IMG/VR virus record: IMGVR_UViG_3300014205_000184
Span: 67,162-130,218 of that record
Length of the DNA stretch: 63,057 bases
Source of the DNA: a virus
Lineage: Duplodnaviria > Heunggongvirae > Uroviricota > Caudoviricetes
Strand: one strand, 5' to 3'
Shown here: in pieces, positions 19,431 through 28,173 of the stretch
Numbering within the stretch: the first letter of the stretch is position 1
How the letters are laid out: each line of letters opens with the position of its first letter
The notes under the pieces: model-generated
The model's input: only the letters and a program-made list of their open reading frames with translations
Database searches by the model: none
Told to the model about the DNA's origin: nothing
Made by a program: the position numbers and the translations under genes

Positions 19431-19958
19431 TTATATCCCAGTACTTATCTCTGTTCTAACAAGCCCTTCGCTATAGTTATCAGCTTGCGTTGAAGATGTA
19501 TTCCTTAATTCAGCGCCTTCTATTAACGTATCGCCATCGTTACTCGTTGAATTTGTAGCATTATTACTTGCATCTATACTATTATCTATTGCCTCTGATA
19601 ATATATCACGCATTTTAATTAAATATTCAGTAACTTTTGTTAAATCAGTTTTACCTGCTATGTTTTGGTGCATAATAGCGTTTCTTGCTGTTTTTTGTAT
19701 TTCACCTTCTGTCAAGACCATTGCGGCGCAAAGAACTATTAAACGTTGCTCATCCTTATCAGGGTCTGGTGAAAAATACGCTACATCTCCAGCACCCGTA
19801 ACTGAAAATTGAGTTTTATAACCACGTCTATTTAATTCAGCATATCCATCATTTATAGCCGAGAATAATTGGTTAGCGGTATATGTATATGCCGATGCGT
19901 CTGTATCACCCATTTGTCTTGCTAATGCTGGCATTAAATCTTTTTCATAAATAGCCAT
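19431..19958 (-). CDS. Head-tail adaptor protein
   Basis: Helical; LARQMGDTD...YTYTANQL...EQRLIVLCAAM pattern typical of adaptors; first gene of the neck block. Confidence 0.62.
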   Translation of the reverse strand: MAIYEKDLMPALARQMGDTDASAYTYTANQLFSAINDGYAELNRRGYKTQFSVTGAGDVAYFSPDPDKDEQRLIVLCAAMVLTEGEIQKTARNAIMHQNIAGKTDLTKVTEYLIKMRDILSEAIDNSIDASNNATNSTSNDGDTLIEGAELRNTSSTQADNYSEGLVRTEISTGI

Positions 19959-19972
19959 TTTAAATCACCTCG

Positions 19973-20179
19973 CTATAAAATATTTGGTACTCGTGTTGAT
20001 TCTGACGCAGTTTTATTACGGGACTGTTCACTTGCACTTTTTAATCTAACTTGTTCAGAAGCATCTTGTAATCTAGTCTGCTCTAAAGACGAATTTAAAC
20101 GTGTTTGTTCCGAAGCAGTCTTCGTTCTTCTATTTGCGTATATACCCCACTTATTCCCCCACTTCTTACCCCATTTCAT
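19973..20179 (-). CDS. Small repeat peptide: (K)WG x3 followed by five 9-aa ASEQxR repeats
   Basis: MKWGKKWGNKWG then KTASEQTRL/NSSLEQTRL/QDASEQVRL/KSASEQSRN/KTASESTRV. Confidence 0.6.
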   Translation of the reverse strand: MKWGKKWGNKWGIYANRRTKTASEQTRLNSSLEQTRLQDASEQVRLKSASEQSRNKTASESTRVPNIL

Positions 20180-20180
20180 A

Positions 20181-20366
20181 TTATGGTTTTAACCCTAACT
20201 CTATTGCGTCAGCTAATATTTTTTCCCAAACAGTTAAATCCTCTCTTATTCCAGAAATTCTACCTTGTATTGATGATAACCCCATGATTTGAACATCATC
20301 TCGTTTTACTGAAATCTTTACCGACCTATCCCCAGCTAATTCTATCACCTTGGTTTCGTTTGACAT
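20181..20366 (-). CDS. Small hypothetical protein
   Basis: 61-aa ORF with SD-like GGAGAG upstream; C-terminal amphipathic helix. Confidence 0.6.
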   Translation of the reverse strand: MSNETKVIELAGDRSVKISVKRDDVQIMGLSSIQGRISGIREDLTVWEKILADAIELGLKP

Positions 20367-20376
20367 ATTTCTCTCC

Positions 20377-21645
20377 TTATACTAATTCTTGGCACATATT
20401 TACACCACACCCTGTTTTACAAGAACCACTTTTACATTTATTATCTTTAATATTCTGATTACATATAGGGTTGCTTCTTACTAAACTATTTCCTTGTTTC
20501 CACCACTCTCTATCAACTGCTCGCAACACTTCATCTATCCGAGATACAACTTGCGCTGTTTTCTTTCTTATTCTACAATATACTTCGGGCATCTTATTAA
20601 TCGTACCAGTTGTAAGCCAATTAGTATGCATACACCCCTTTTCACAGCCTAAATTTGCTATACATGTTTTACACTCTTCATTCCATTCGTTACGTGTATT
20701 TTTCTGATACTGAGCAACTCTATCATAAACTAATTCATCATACCCTTTAGCTGTACCAGCTAATACATCTTTTATATACCCATAATAAAATGGATGGTCA
20801 TAAGGTTCTTTACTGAAACGATGACACATGTACATATGCCCATCCCAAGAAACGCAGTGAAGCCCTCTCGCCCCACCACACCCGAAAGAAGTTTGACCTA
20901 AAAATCTTGCAACCATTTCTTTTGATAAATAATAATTATAAAAAGCCTTGCCAGTTTTCCACTTTTCTATATAATAATCGCCTAACTCTTCCAATGACTT
21001 TTCAAAATCACAAATATGTTCTTCTGACCATTCAGTATAATAATTTGGCATTGGGGATATCCCTTTTTCGAACCCCATCTCTTCAAAAAACTTTTGGCTC
21101 TTTAGTAAATCTTTAGCGAATTCTGGTTGCACCGTCATTCTGCGTGAGTGGTCGAAATCCTTCCACAGCTTATTTTTTTCTTTATACGCTTCAATTGAGT
21201 TGGGGCGATATTTTTCTTGTGCTTCAGGATGCCCATCAATTGAGCGTTGCGTCCATATATTAAAATATTTTAAAAAATTTATTTGTTCTTGCGTACCGGT
21301 TGTCCCGTTCGATAACGCTGAAAAATGCAATCTCATATTACGCTTAATGGAGCGAAGTATGAAATACTCCATTCTTTCAAAAGATAATAACGGCTCACCA
21401 CCATAAAATGTAATCGTAGTTGGTTTTATATTAACATTATTACCATTAGCATCCTTATTAATTGGATGTGATACCCCATGTTTAAATACTAAATCAAGCA
21501 CCAACTCTATCGTTTCGTCTGACATGTCCCCCATGGGGTGTTTCCCTGTTCCGACATAACAGTATGGGCATCTGAGATTACATTTTGATGTTATTTCTAC
21601 ATCAATACTTTCAATATGAAGCGGGTGCTTATTTAAATCCATCAT
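20377..21645 (-). CDS. Radical SAM enzyme with SPASM domain (peptide/protein maturase type)
   Basis: CNLRCPYC (CxxxCxxC); FYGGEPLL; SPASM CGGARG...DGHMYMCHRF...CKTCIANLGCEKGC...YC; no N-terminal RRE-sized extension. Confidence 0.92.
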   Translation of the reverse strand: MMDLNKHPLHIESIDVEITSKCNLRCPYCYVGTGKHPMGDMSDETIELVLDLVFKHGVSHPINKDANGNNVNIKPTTITFYGGEPLLSFERMEYFILRSIKRNMRLHFSALSNGTTGTQEQINFLKYFNIWTQRSIDGHPEAQEKYRPNSIEAYKEKNKLWKDFDHSRRMTVQPEFAKDLLKSQKFFEEMGFEKGISPMPNYYTEWSEEHICDFEKSLEELGDYYIEKWKTGKAFYNYYLSKEMVARFLGQTSFGCGGARGLHCVSWDGHMYMCHRFSKEPYDHPFYYGYIKDVLAGTAKGYDELVYDRVAQYQKNTRNEWNEECKTCIANLGCEKGCMHTNWLTTGTINKMPEVYCRIRKKTAQVVSRIDEVLRAVDREWWKQGNSLVRSNPICNQNIKDNKCKSGSCKTGCGVNMCQELV

Positions 21646-21656
21646 TCTCTCTCCTT

Positions 21657-23126
21657 TTATGCATAGTCTGTGTTACAAAGACAATTTGAATCACAAGCAC
21701 AGTCGGGTCCACAACCCAAATCTGTGTTACAAAAACAATTTATATTACAATAACAATCTGCATTACAATAACAATCTGTACCACACCCAGCATCACTATT
21801 ACAGGTACAGTTTACATTACAATTACAGTTCGGGCCACAAGGGTCAGCACCGCCACACCCATAATCTATGTTACAATAACAATTTATATTACAACTACAA
21901 TTTACATTACAATTGCAGTTAGGGGCACAGGGGTCAACACCGCCACACCCTGCATTAGTATTGCAATTGCAGTTTGCATTACAAGCACAATCTGCACATC
22001 CATAATTTGTATTACAGTTGCAGTCAGTATTGCAAGTACAATCTGCATTACATGGGCAATTAGCGCACCCATAATTCGTGTTACAATTACAAACATCACT
22101 GGGGCATTCTGTATTACAAGCACAATTAGGGGCACATGGGTCCGCCCCTCCGCAGCCAGAATCACTATTACACGTACAATTTACGTTACAACTACAGTTG
22201 GGAGAACAAGGGTCAGCGCCGCCACACCCATAATCAGAATTACAAGAACAGCTATCGTACCCGCACCCCATATCGCTATTACACGCCCCACATCCATAAT
22301 TAGTATTACAATTACAATCCCCATTACAAGCACAATCTGCATTACATGGGCAATTAGTCCCACATCCATAATTCGTGTTACAATTACAATCTGTATTACA
22401 TGGGCAATTAGCGTTACAAGCGCAATTAGGATAGCATGGGTCCGCCCCTCCGCAGCCAGAATCACTATTACACGTACAATTTACGTTACAAGCACAATTA
22501 GGAGCACAGGGGTCAGCACCGCCACACCCTGCATTAGTATTGCAATTGCAGTTTGCATTACAAGCACAATCTGCACATCCATAATTTGTATTACAGTTGC
22601 AGTCAGTATTGCAAGTACAATCTGTCCCATTACAAAAACAATCCGCATTACATGTGCAATTGGTCCCACATCCATAATTTGTATTACAGTTGCAATCAAT
22701 GTTACAAGTACAATCTGCATTACATGGGCAATTAGGTTCACAAGATGGGTCAGTATTGCAACTACAATTTACATTACAAGCACAGTTAGGGGCACACCCA
22801 TCAACGCCCTCACAGCCACAATCAGTATTACAAGCACAATCAATATTGCAGGCGCATTCTATTCCACAATGGTCAGATGAACAATAGCTATAATCCGGTA
22901 TCCATCTGTCTACAATATTATTATTTATATCTTTAATTTGAATCTTAATCATCCCATAATACTGCCAACCAGTAGAGCCCTTTACACCCGTCTTGGGGAA
23001 TTGCTTATTACCAGAACCTTGTTTAGTAGAAATATTACTATTTTGGTCAGAAGTTTCAGTTCCTTTAAACTGTAACAAAGAGTCTGAAGATTGCTCTATT
23101 TTAATCTTATCTGCATTAATAGCCAT
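21657..23126 (-). CDS. Cys-rich repeat protein (~81-aa N-terminal domain + ~408-aa tail with 111 Cys); candidate radical SAM substrate
   Basis: Hand count of 111 Cys; repeat units CxCNx[DN], CNTNYGC and GGADPC; ends 11 nt before the radical SAM gene starts. Confidence 0.85.
   Translation of the reverse strand: MAINADKIKIEQSSDSLLQFKGTETSDQNSNISTKQGSGNKQFPKTGVKGSTGWQYYGMIKIQIKDINNNIVDRWIPDYSYCSSDHCGIECACNIDCACNTDCGCEGVDGCAPNCACNVNCSCNTDPSCEPNCPCNADCTCNIDCNCNTNYGCGTNCTCNADCFCNGTDCTCNTDCNCNTNYGCADCACNANCNCNTNAGCGGADPCAPNCACNVNCTCNSDSGCGGADPCYPNCACNANCPCNTDCNCNTNYGCGTNCPCNADCACNGDCNCNTNYGCGACNSDMGCGYDSCSCNSDYGCGGADPCSPNCSCNVNCTCNSDSGCGGADPCAPNCACNTECPSDVCNCNTNYGCANCPCNADCTCNTDCNCNTNYGCADCACNANCNCNTNAGCGGVDPCAPNCNCNVNCSCNINCYCNIDYGCGGADPCGPNCNCNVNCTCNSDAGCGTDCYCNADCYCNINCFCNTDLGCGPDCACDSNCLCNTDYA
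21925..22624. repeat. 121-nt direct repeat (21925-22045 and 22504-22624, one mismatch)
   Basis: Direct comparison; offset 579 nt (193 codons). Confidence 0.9.
22135..22490. repeat. 56-nt exact direct repeat (22135-22190 and 22435-22490)
   Basis: Direct comparison; offset 300 nt. Confidence 0.9.
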
Positions 23127-23129
23127 GCA

Positions 23130-23366
23130 TTATCCGGGTATATAAGAAGGAACCCATTTTTCAACTTCTGTACCAACATTGTTTTTTATAGTTACTTTAA
23201 TCATTCCACTAAACACCCACCCACCTGTATCCTTTGGCCCAGACAACGCTCCGGCACCATTTAATGTTGAAAGATTAGATGTAGCGTTTGTCGTTTCTGT
23301 ACCTTTGAAATATATGAATGAGCCACTTGTATTTTCTATTATTTGCTTATCAGTATGTATGGCCAT
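23130..23366 (-). CDS. Stand-alone paralog of the Cys-rich protein's N-terminal domain
   Basis: MAIHTDK...FKGTET...GW..SGMIKVTIK...KWVPSY aligns with MAINADK...FKGTET...GW..YGMIKIQIK...RWIPDY. Confidence 0.8.
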   Translation of the reverse strand: MAIHTDKQIIENTSGSFIYFKGTETTNATSNLSTLNGAGALSGPKDTGGWVFSGMIKVTIKNNVGTEVEKWVPSYIPG

Positions 23367-23926
23367 TATGCTTCCTCAAATCTTGCTTGTTCTATATAAC
23401 TACCAGAAATTCTTTTTAAAATTGACAAATTCTCCCCATCTCTGACTATTTTCCATGTTCCATTTGTTGCGGAGTCTCCAAAATATTCTGCTGTAGTAGA
23501 CGCTCCTAAAAAATCTTCAGATGTTTTAAATGAATTGTTTCCAATATCAATATCAACATTAGCATTTGAACCATTAATGTTAAGCGGTGTGAAATTGAGA
23601 GCTGAGATGGTCATTGTTTTTGTAATATTATCAGAACTAAACGCAATTCCAGAACCAGTACGTAGATTTAATGTAGTAGTTAATGAATTAGCTGTAATAT
23701 CAGTTCCAACAACATTAACTTTATCAAAAAGATTTTGTAAACTAGCTCCAGATATAATATTTAAATTTTGTAATAATAATTGATGTTTTAAAATCTCATC
23801 ATCATGTTTATTGTAATCCGTAGCTCCAGCAACAGTATCATCGCCTTCAGAATAATCTGGGTCTAATCTTTGTGGATTTCCAGGATAGCTAGGATATAGA
23901 GATTCGTTGATTGACATTATCGGCAC
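23366..23926 (-). CDS. Short fibre-like structural protein
   Basis: Shares a ~46-aa module with ORF 9634..11697; C-terminal FGDSATNGTWKIVRDG motif. Confidence 0.65.
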   Translation of the reverse strand: MPIMSINESLYPSYPGNPQRLDPDYSEGDDTVAGATDYNKHDDEILKHQLLLQNLNIISGASLQNLFDKVNVVGTDITANSLTTTLNLRTGSGIAFSSDNITKTMTISALNFTPLNINGSNANVDIDIGNNSFKTSEDFLGASTTAEYFGDSATNGTWKIVRDGENLSILKRISGSYIEQARFEEA

Positions 23927-24896
23927 CTTCTAATATTAAATCATTTTTTATCATTATATGTATTAATTCTTTAAATTTTACTCTTGGCTCCCACCCTAAT
24001 GCGTTTTTAGCTTTATCGTAATTACCAATCAATAAATTCACATCAGACGGTCTAAAAAATTTAACATCACTTACAACATAATCTTTCCAATCTAAACCAA
24101 CTGCTGAAAATGCTACCTCTGCAAACTCTTGAACAGTATGCACTTCATTCGTAGCTATTACATAATCATCCGGATATTCTTGCTGAAGCATAAGCCACAT
24201 AGCTTCTACATAATCTCCTGAAAAACCCCAATCACGTTTAGCTGTTAAATCACCGAGATATAGTTTATCTAACTTACCCGCTTTAATTTTAGCTACAGCA
24301 TTGGTTATTTTACGAGTTACGAACTCAAACCCTCTACGTGGGCCTTCATGATTAAAAAGTATCCCACTACATGCGAATATATTATATGCTTCTCTATAGT
24401 TTCTAGTCAAATCAAACCCTGCGACTTTTGATATACCATAAGCTGAACGTGGGTGAAATATAGTATTCTCTGTTTGTGGTACTTCATGCACTTTACCAAA
24501 CATCTCGGAACTTGCGGCAAAATAAAACTTGCATTTCGGAGCATATTTTTTTATAGCTGAAAGTATATAATGCGTTCCATTAATATTCGTATTCATCGTG
24601 GAGAACTCATCTTCAAAAGAATATGATACAAACGATTGAGCGGCAAGATGATAGCATTCATCGGGTTGTACTTTTTCTACTACATCACATATACTAGGAT
24701 AAGATTCTAAACTAGCAGAATGTAACGTTATCTTATCAAGTAAATGCTTAATTCTCCATAATCTGTGGTCGGGGTCTTCAATTGCAACACGACGAACGAT
24801 TCCGTGAATTTCATATCCTTTACTCAAAAGTAACTCTGCTAGATAGCTTCCATCCTGGCCACTTATCCCCGTTATTAATGCTCTCATTCTATTCAC
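23889..24896 (-). CDS. gmd: GDP-mannose 4,6-dehydratase
   Basis: ALITGISGQDGSYLAELLLSKGYEIHG; YHLAAQSFV; ASSEMFG; PRSAYGISK; FVTRKIT; RDWG. Confidence 0.95.
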   Translation of the reverse strand: MNRMRALITGISGQDGSYLAELLLSKGYEIHGIVRRVAIEDPDHRLWRIKHLLDKITLHSASLESYPSICDVVEKVQPDECYHLAAQSFVSYSFEDEFSTMNTNINGTHYILSAIKKYAPKCKFYFAASSEMFGKVHEVPQTENTIFHPRSAYGISKVAGFDLTRNYREAYNIFACSGILFNHEGPRRGFEFVTRKITNAVAKIKAGKLDKLYLGDLTAKRDWGFSGDYVEAMWLMLQQEYPDDYVIATNEVHTVQEFAEVAFSAVGLDWKDYVVSDVKFFRPSDVNLLIGNYDKAKNALGWEPRVKFKELIHIMIKNDLILEGADNVNQRISIS

Positions 24897-25761
24897 TCCT
24901 CTTGAAGTTTTTATTCATTTCAACAGCACCAGGTATATCTAACCAATCTTTCTTTATACGTATCTTGTCATTAAACTGCATCATAGTTTTTAATATAACG
25001 GGGTCATAACCATTGTCTTCTGCTAACTTAATAAACGCCATGGGGTCTTTAACTAGACATCTTCCGCCAACACCAAAATCCCCATCATGCCCAGGAACTT
25101 TTCTATGCGTTCCAATTCTACCATCAAATTTTAAATAATCTTGAATTTTATCATAATTAACGCCTATTTTTTTACATATAAAATATAATTCGTTAGCTAA
25201 CATAACTTGACCTGTTAAGAAAATATTACTTATATATTTAAGTGTTTCGGCTTCGGTGCAGGTTAATTTTATATAATTTATCTTATCACCATATGCGTAA
25301 TAAAATATAGATTTTACCGCTTCGTAAATCGTATCAGAGTTTGCTCCTATCACTATTCTAGATGTGTTTAACATATCATCATTTGCACTTCTCTCAGTAA
25401 GGAATTCGGGGCAGAAAACATAGTCAAATTTTGGATATTTTTCAGATAATCTGTCTGTGCTACCAGATACTGCGGTGCTTCGGATAATTATAATTTTCCT
25501 CTTATCTGTTAAGGAGTTTATATCCTTAATTGAATTATCTATATAGTCTAAGCATATACTGCCATCTATGCGCATAGGAGTAGGTAAACATAAAAATAGA
25601 AAATCTGCATCTTCAACAATAGCAGACCTACTCCCAATATTTTTATACTTATCATAGCGTATTACATTTATATTTTCATGTGCTTTTTCTTCAAACAAAT
25701 TAGCGGTTGCTTCACCAACGTTCCCAACTCCCCAAATACCAATATTTATTTTTTTATTCAT
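24889..25761 (-). CDS. UDP-glucose/GDP-mannose dehydrogenase family protein (short form)
   Basis: GIWGVGNVG Rossmann motif; FLCLPTP; RSTAVSG; FCPEFL; catalytic GGRCLVKD; no C-terminal UDP-binding domain. Confidence 0.85.
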   Translation of the reverse strand: MNKKINIGIWGVGNVGEATANLFEEKAHENINVIRYDKYKNIGSRSAIVEDADFLFLCLPTPMRIDGSICLDYIDNSIKDINSLTDKRKIIIIRSTAVSGSTDRLSEKYPKFDYVFCPEFLTERSANDDMLNTSRIVIGANSDTIYEAVKSIFYYAYGDKINYIKLTCTEAETLKYISNIFLTGQVMLANELYFICKKIGVNYDKIQDYLKFDGRIGTHRKVPGHDGDFGVGGRCLVKDPMAFIKLAEDNGYDPVILKTMMQFNDKIRIKKDWLDIPGAVEMNKNFKRSE

Positions 25762-26525
25762 TCTATCGATTCCTCCATTTCTAGTTTCATGTCCAGTAAA
25801 TGTACTTTTCGCTCTATCTGTATTTGTTCGTATCTATTTTGCCAATATTTTCTACTTCCATTTGTTTTCATATGACAATTATGACACAATGATATTAAAT
25901 TTACGCCATCATTATTAAATTTATTATAATCTATATGATGAATATCTAATTTCGTAAATAGTTCTCTTTGAGGTGCGCTACACTCCATACAATTATAGCT
26001 ATCTCGTTTTCTGATAAATTCTTTTAGCTTGTCATTAAACTCTCTAGGATAATTTAAAATTGAATTACCATTAATATAGTTGCTCGCATTTTCACCTATT
26101 CTATTCTTAGAGTTCCATTCACCCACGCACTTTCTATCGCAAAAATGGTTTTTTTGATTTTTATATTGATAATTTGGGTCTTCACACTGCTTCCCGCAAT
26201 TATCACAATTAAATTTTATCCTTTTTGTATAGGCTGGATTTTTTTCACCCACTTGATTTTTAGACAACCATGCTCCGTAACATTTATAATTATTTTTACA
26301 AAAATGGTGTTTATTGTGTTTAAATTTATATGGAGTAAGCAATAAATCACTACCACAAGTGTCGCATTTTACTTTAATCTTATCTTTATACATTGGGTTT
26401 TTTATGCCAACATTGCTTACGGATACCCACTTTCCACGACACTTATTACTACAAAATCTTTGTTTATCATGTTTATGTTTTTCAAACAATTTATTACAAA
26501 TTTCGCATTTAAACATTATCTTCAT
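25758..26525 (-). CDS. HNH homing endonuclease with N-terminal CxxC...FCxxKC repeats
   Basis: IRKRDSYNCMEC...LDIHHIDYNKFNN...NLISLCHNCH. Confidence 0.88.
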   Translation of the reverse strand: MKIMFKCEICNKLFEKHKHDKQRFCSNKCRGKWVSVSNVGIKNPMYKDKIKVKCDTCGSDLLLTPYKFKHNKHHFCKNNYKCYGAWLSKNQVGEKNPAYTKRIKFNCDNCGKQCEDPNYQYKNQKNHFCDRKCVGEWNSKNRIGENASNYINGNSILNYPREFNDKLKEFIRKRDSYNCMECSAPQRELFTKLDIHHIDYNKFNNDGVNLISLCHNCHMKTNGSRKYWQNRYEQIQIERKVHLLDMKLEMEESIE

Positions 26526-27517
26526 TTTTTATTCCATATAGATGGTGCCTTGCTATTCCATAACTCCAAAGGTTCACATAACCATTCCTGTGCTCCTATA
26601 CTTTTACACCACACAGCCATTTCATTCAAACATTCTTGAAGAGACCTAGTTTCTTTATACCCCAACTCATTAACACTTTTATCGTAAGTAGAATAAGCAT
26701 ATTTCACTTCTTTTGGTCTTGCGGGTAAATGTTCAATATTAACTTTTCCAACAACATCCATAGCTTTTAACGTCATCTCAGCGGCTTCGTTTAATGTTAT
26801 TGGTTCAATTCCACCTATGTTATAAATTTTACCATCTGTAAACTCTTCTAGACACTTCACATAACAAGGCAACGAAAATGAGATATAGCTAAAAGCCCGC
26901 ATCTGATTCCCATCACCAAACACATATATTTGTTTCTCACCTAACATAATTCTGTTCATCCATATAGCAAAAACATTTCTGTATAAATCAAACGCTTGTC
27001 TCTCTCCGAACACATTATGCGGTTTAACTATTGTATACTTAAAATCGTGTATATCAGCTAAACATTGAGTTGACCACTCCATAGCTGTTTTGTTGATTCC
27101 ATATATATCTTCTGGTCTACACTCCATATCTTCATTAAACGGTGGTATCTGCTGACCATATGTTGCCATAGTACTAAACATTATCATCTTCTTAAACTTA
27201 ACTTTAATACACGCATTAAGAAGATTCATATATGAAAGATAGTTGTCCTCTGTGCTTTTTAAAGGTTCAAACAGCGAACCTATCTCACGTGCGCTTGCGG
27301 CGCAATGAAATACATGAGTTGGTTTTATATCTTGTATAAGCTTTTCAGTAGATACTTTATCTCGTAAATCACAAACGCTAAATGTATGGTTTGTAGTATT
27401 ACGTATATTGCCGCCAGAAAGATTATCAATTCCAACAACATCGTGCCCCATTTTTGTAAGTTCATCGGCTATCCATGAGCCTATTAAGCCCGCACTTCCC
27501 GTTACTAGAATTTTCAT
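26522..27517 (-). CDS. NAD-dependent nucleotide-sugar epimerase/dehydratase
   Basis: KILVTGSAGLIGS; FHCAA; YGINK (YxxxK); KPHNVFG. Confidence 0.92.
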   Translation of the reverse strand: MKILVTGSAGLIGSWIADELTKMGHDVVGIDNLSGGNIRNTTNHTFSVCDLRDKVSTEKLIQDIKPTHVFHCAASAREIGSLFEPLKSTEDNYLSYMNLLNACIKVKFKKMIMFSTMATYGQQIPPFNEDMECRPEDIYGINKTAMEWSTQCLADIHDFKYTIVKPHNVFGERQAFDLYRNVFAIWMNRIMLGEKQIYVFGDGNQMRAFSYISFSLPCYVKCLEEFTDGKIYNIGGIEPITLNEAAEMTLKAMDVVGKVNIEHLPARPKEVKYAYSTYDKSVNELGYKETRSLQECLNEMAVWCKSIGAQEWLCEPLELWNSKAPSIWNKK

Positions 27518-28173
27518 TTTCGCACCTCGACATCTTTCTTTCGTAATAAAGCATTTATATCAAACCCATTGTCATTCGTATTAAACAATAGTAATTCTAC
27601 AGCGTCTTTTCTTTTATCAAGACAAGCCTTCAATTCATCGGGATTCATCTCGCAATAAGCATAATCATATTTACCTATATGCGGACCATTATCATGTAAG
27701 AAAAATCTTCTATCTGGTATTGTTATTGCTATCAGACCACCAGGTTTTAAAACTCTTATCCATTCTGCAAGTGCTAAGTCAGTATTCGGGATATGCTCTA
27801 AAGTATGACTAGATATAATATACCCTACGCTGTTAGTCTCAAATGGCAAATTGTGGTCAGTAACAACTACATCGCAAGTATCAACACCAACGTTAACGTG
27901 AAGCACCCCTGATATTGGGGTTCCGCCTATACCTAATCCTACACCCAGATGTTTACATGTTGCCTGAGTAAATAAAAATAGCGAATCACGCTGTATTTGT
28001 GATGGGATGTTACGATTTACGAACTGATAACGTGGCGGACCGTCCCACCATCCGTCAGATTTAGATTGCTCACGAACATCTTTATATCTATGGTCGTTAA
28101 ATTTAGAGTACACATCTGATTTTACAGGGGTATTTTTCTTATCCTCAACTATCATCTCATCTAGTGTTTTCAT
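27514..28173 (-). CDS. Class I SAM-dependent methyltransferase
   Basis: GLGIGG; LPFETNSVGYIISSHTLEHI; EWIRVLKPGG. Confidence 0.85.
   Translation of the reverse strand: MKTLDEMIVEDKKNTPVKSDVYSKFNDHRYKDVREQSKSDGWWDGPPRYQFVNRNIPSQIQRDSLFLFTQATCKHLGVGLGIGGTPISGVLHVNVGVDTCDVVVTDHNLPFETNSVGYIISSHTLEHIPNTDLALAEWIRVLKPGGLIAITIPDRRFFLHDNGPHIGKYDYAYCEMNPDELKACLDKRKDAVELLLFNTNDNGFDINALLRKKDVEVRK

Noticed and set aside
21925-22624. Possible diversity-generating retroelement TR/VR pair
   Set aside because: Both copies are in-frame parts of one gene and differ at a single non-adenine coding position; no reverse transcriptase in the window
21902-22741. Alternative-frame minus-strand ORFs inside the Cys-rich gene
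   Set aside because: By-products of the repeat structure; the 489-aa frame has the SD, the paralogous N-terminal domain and a continuous repeat
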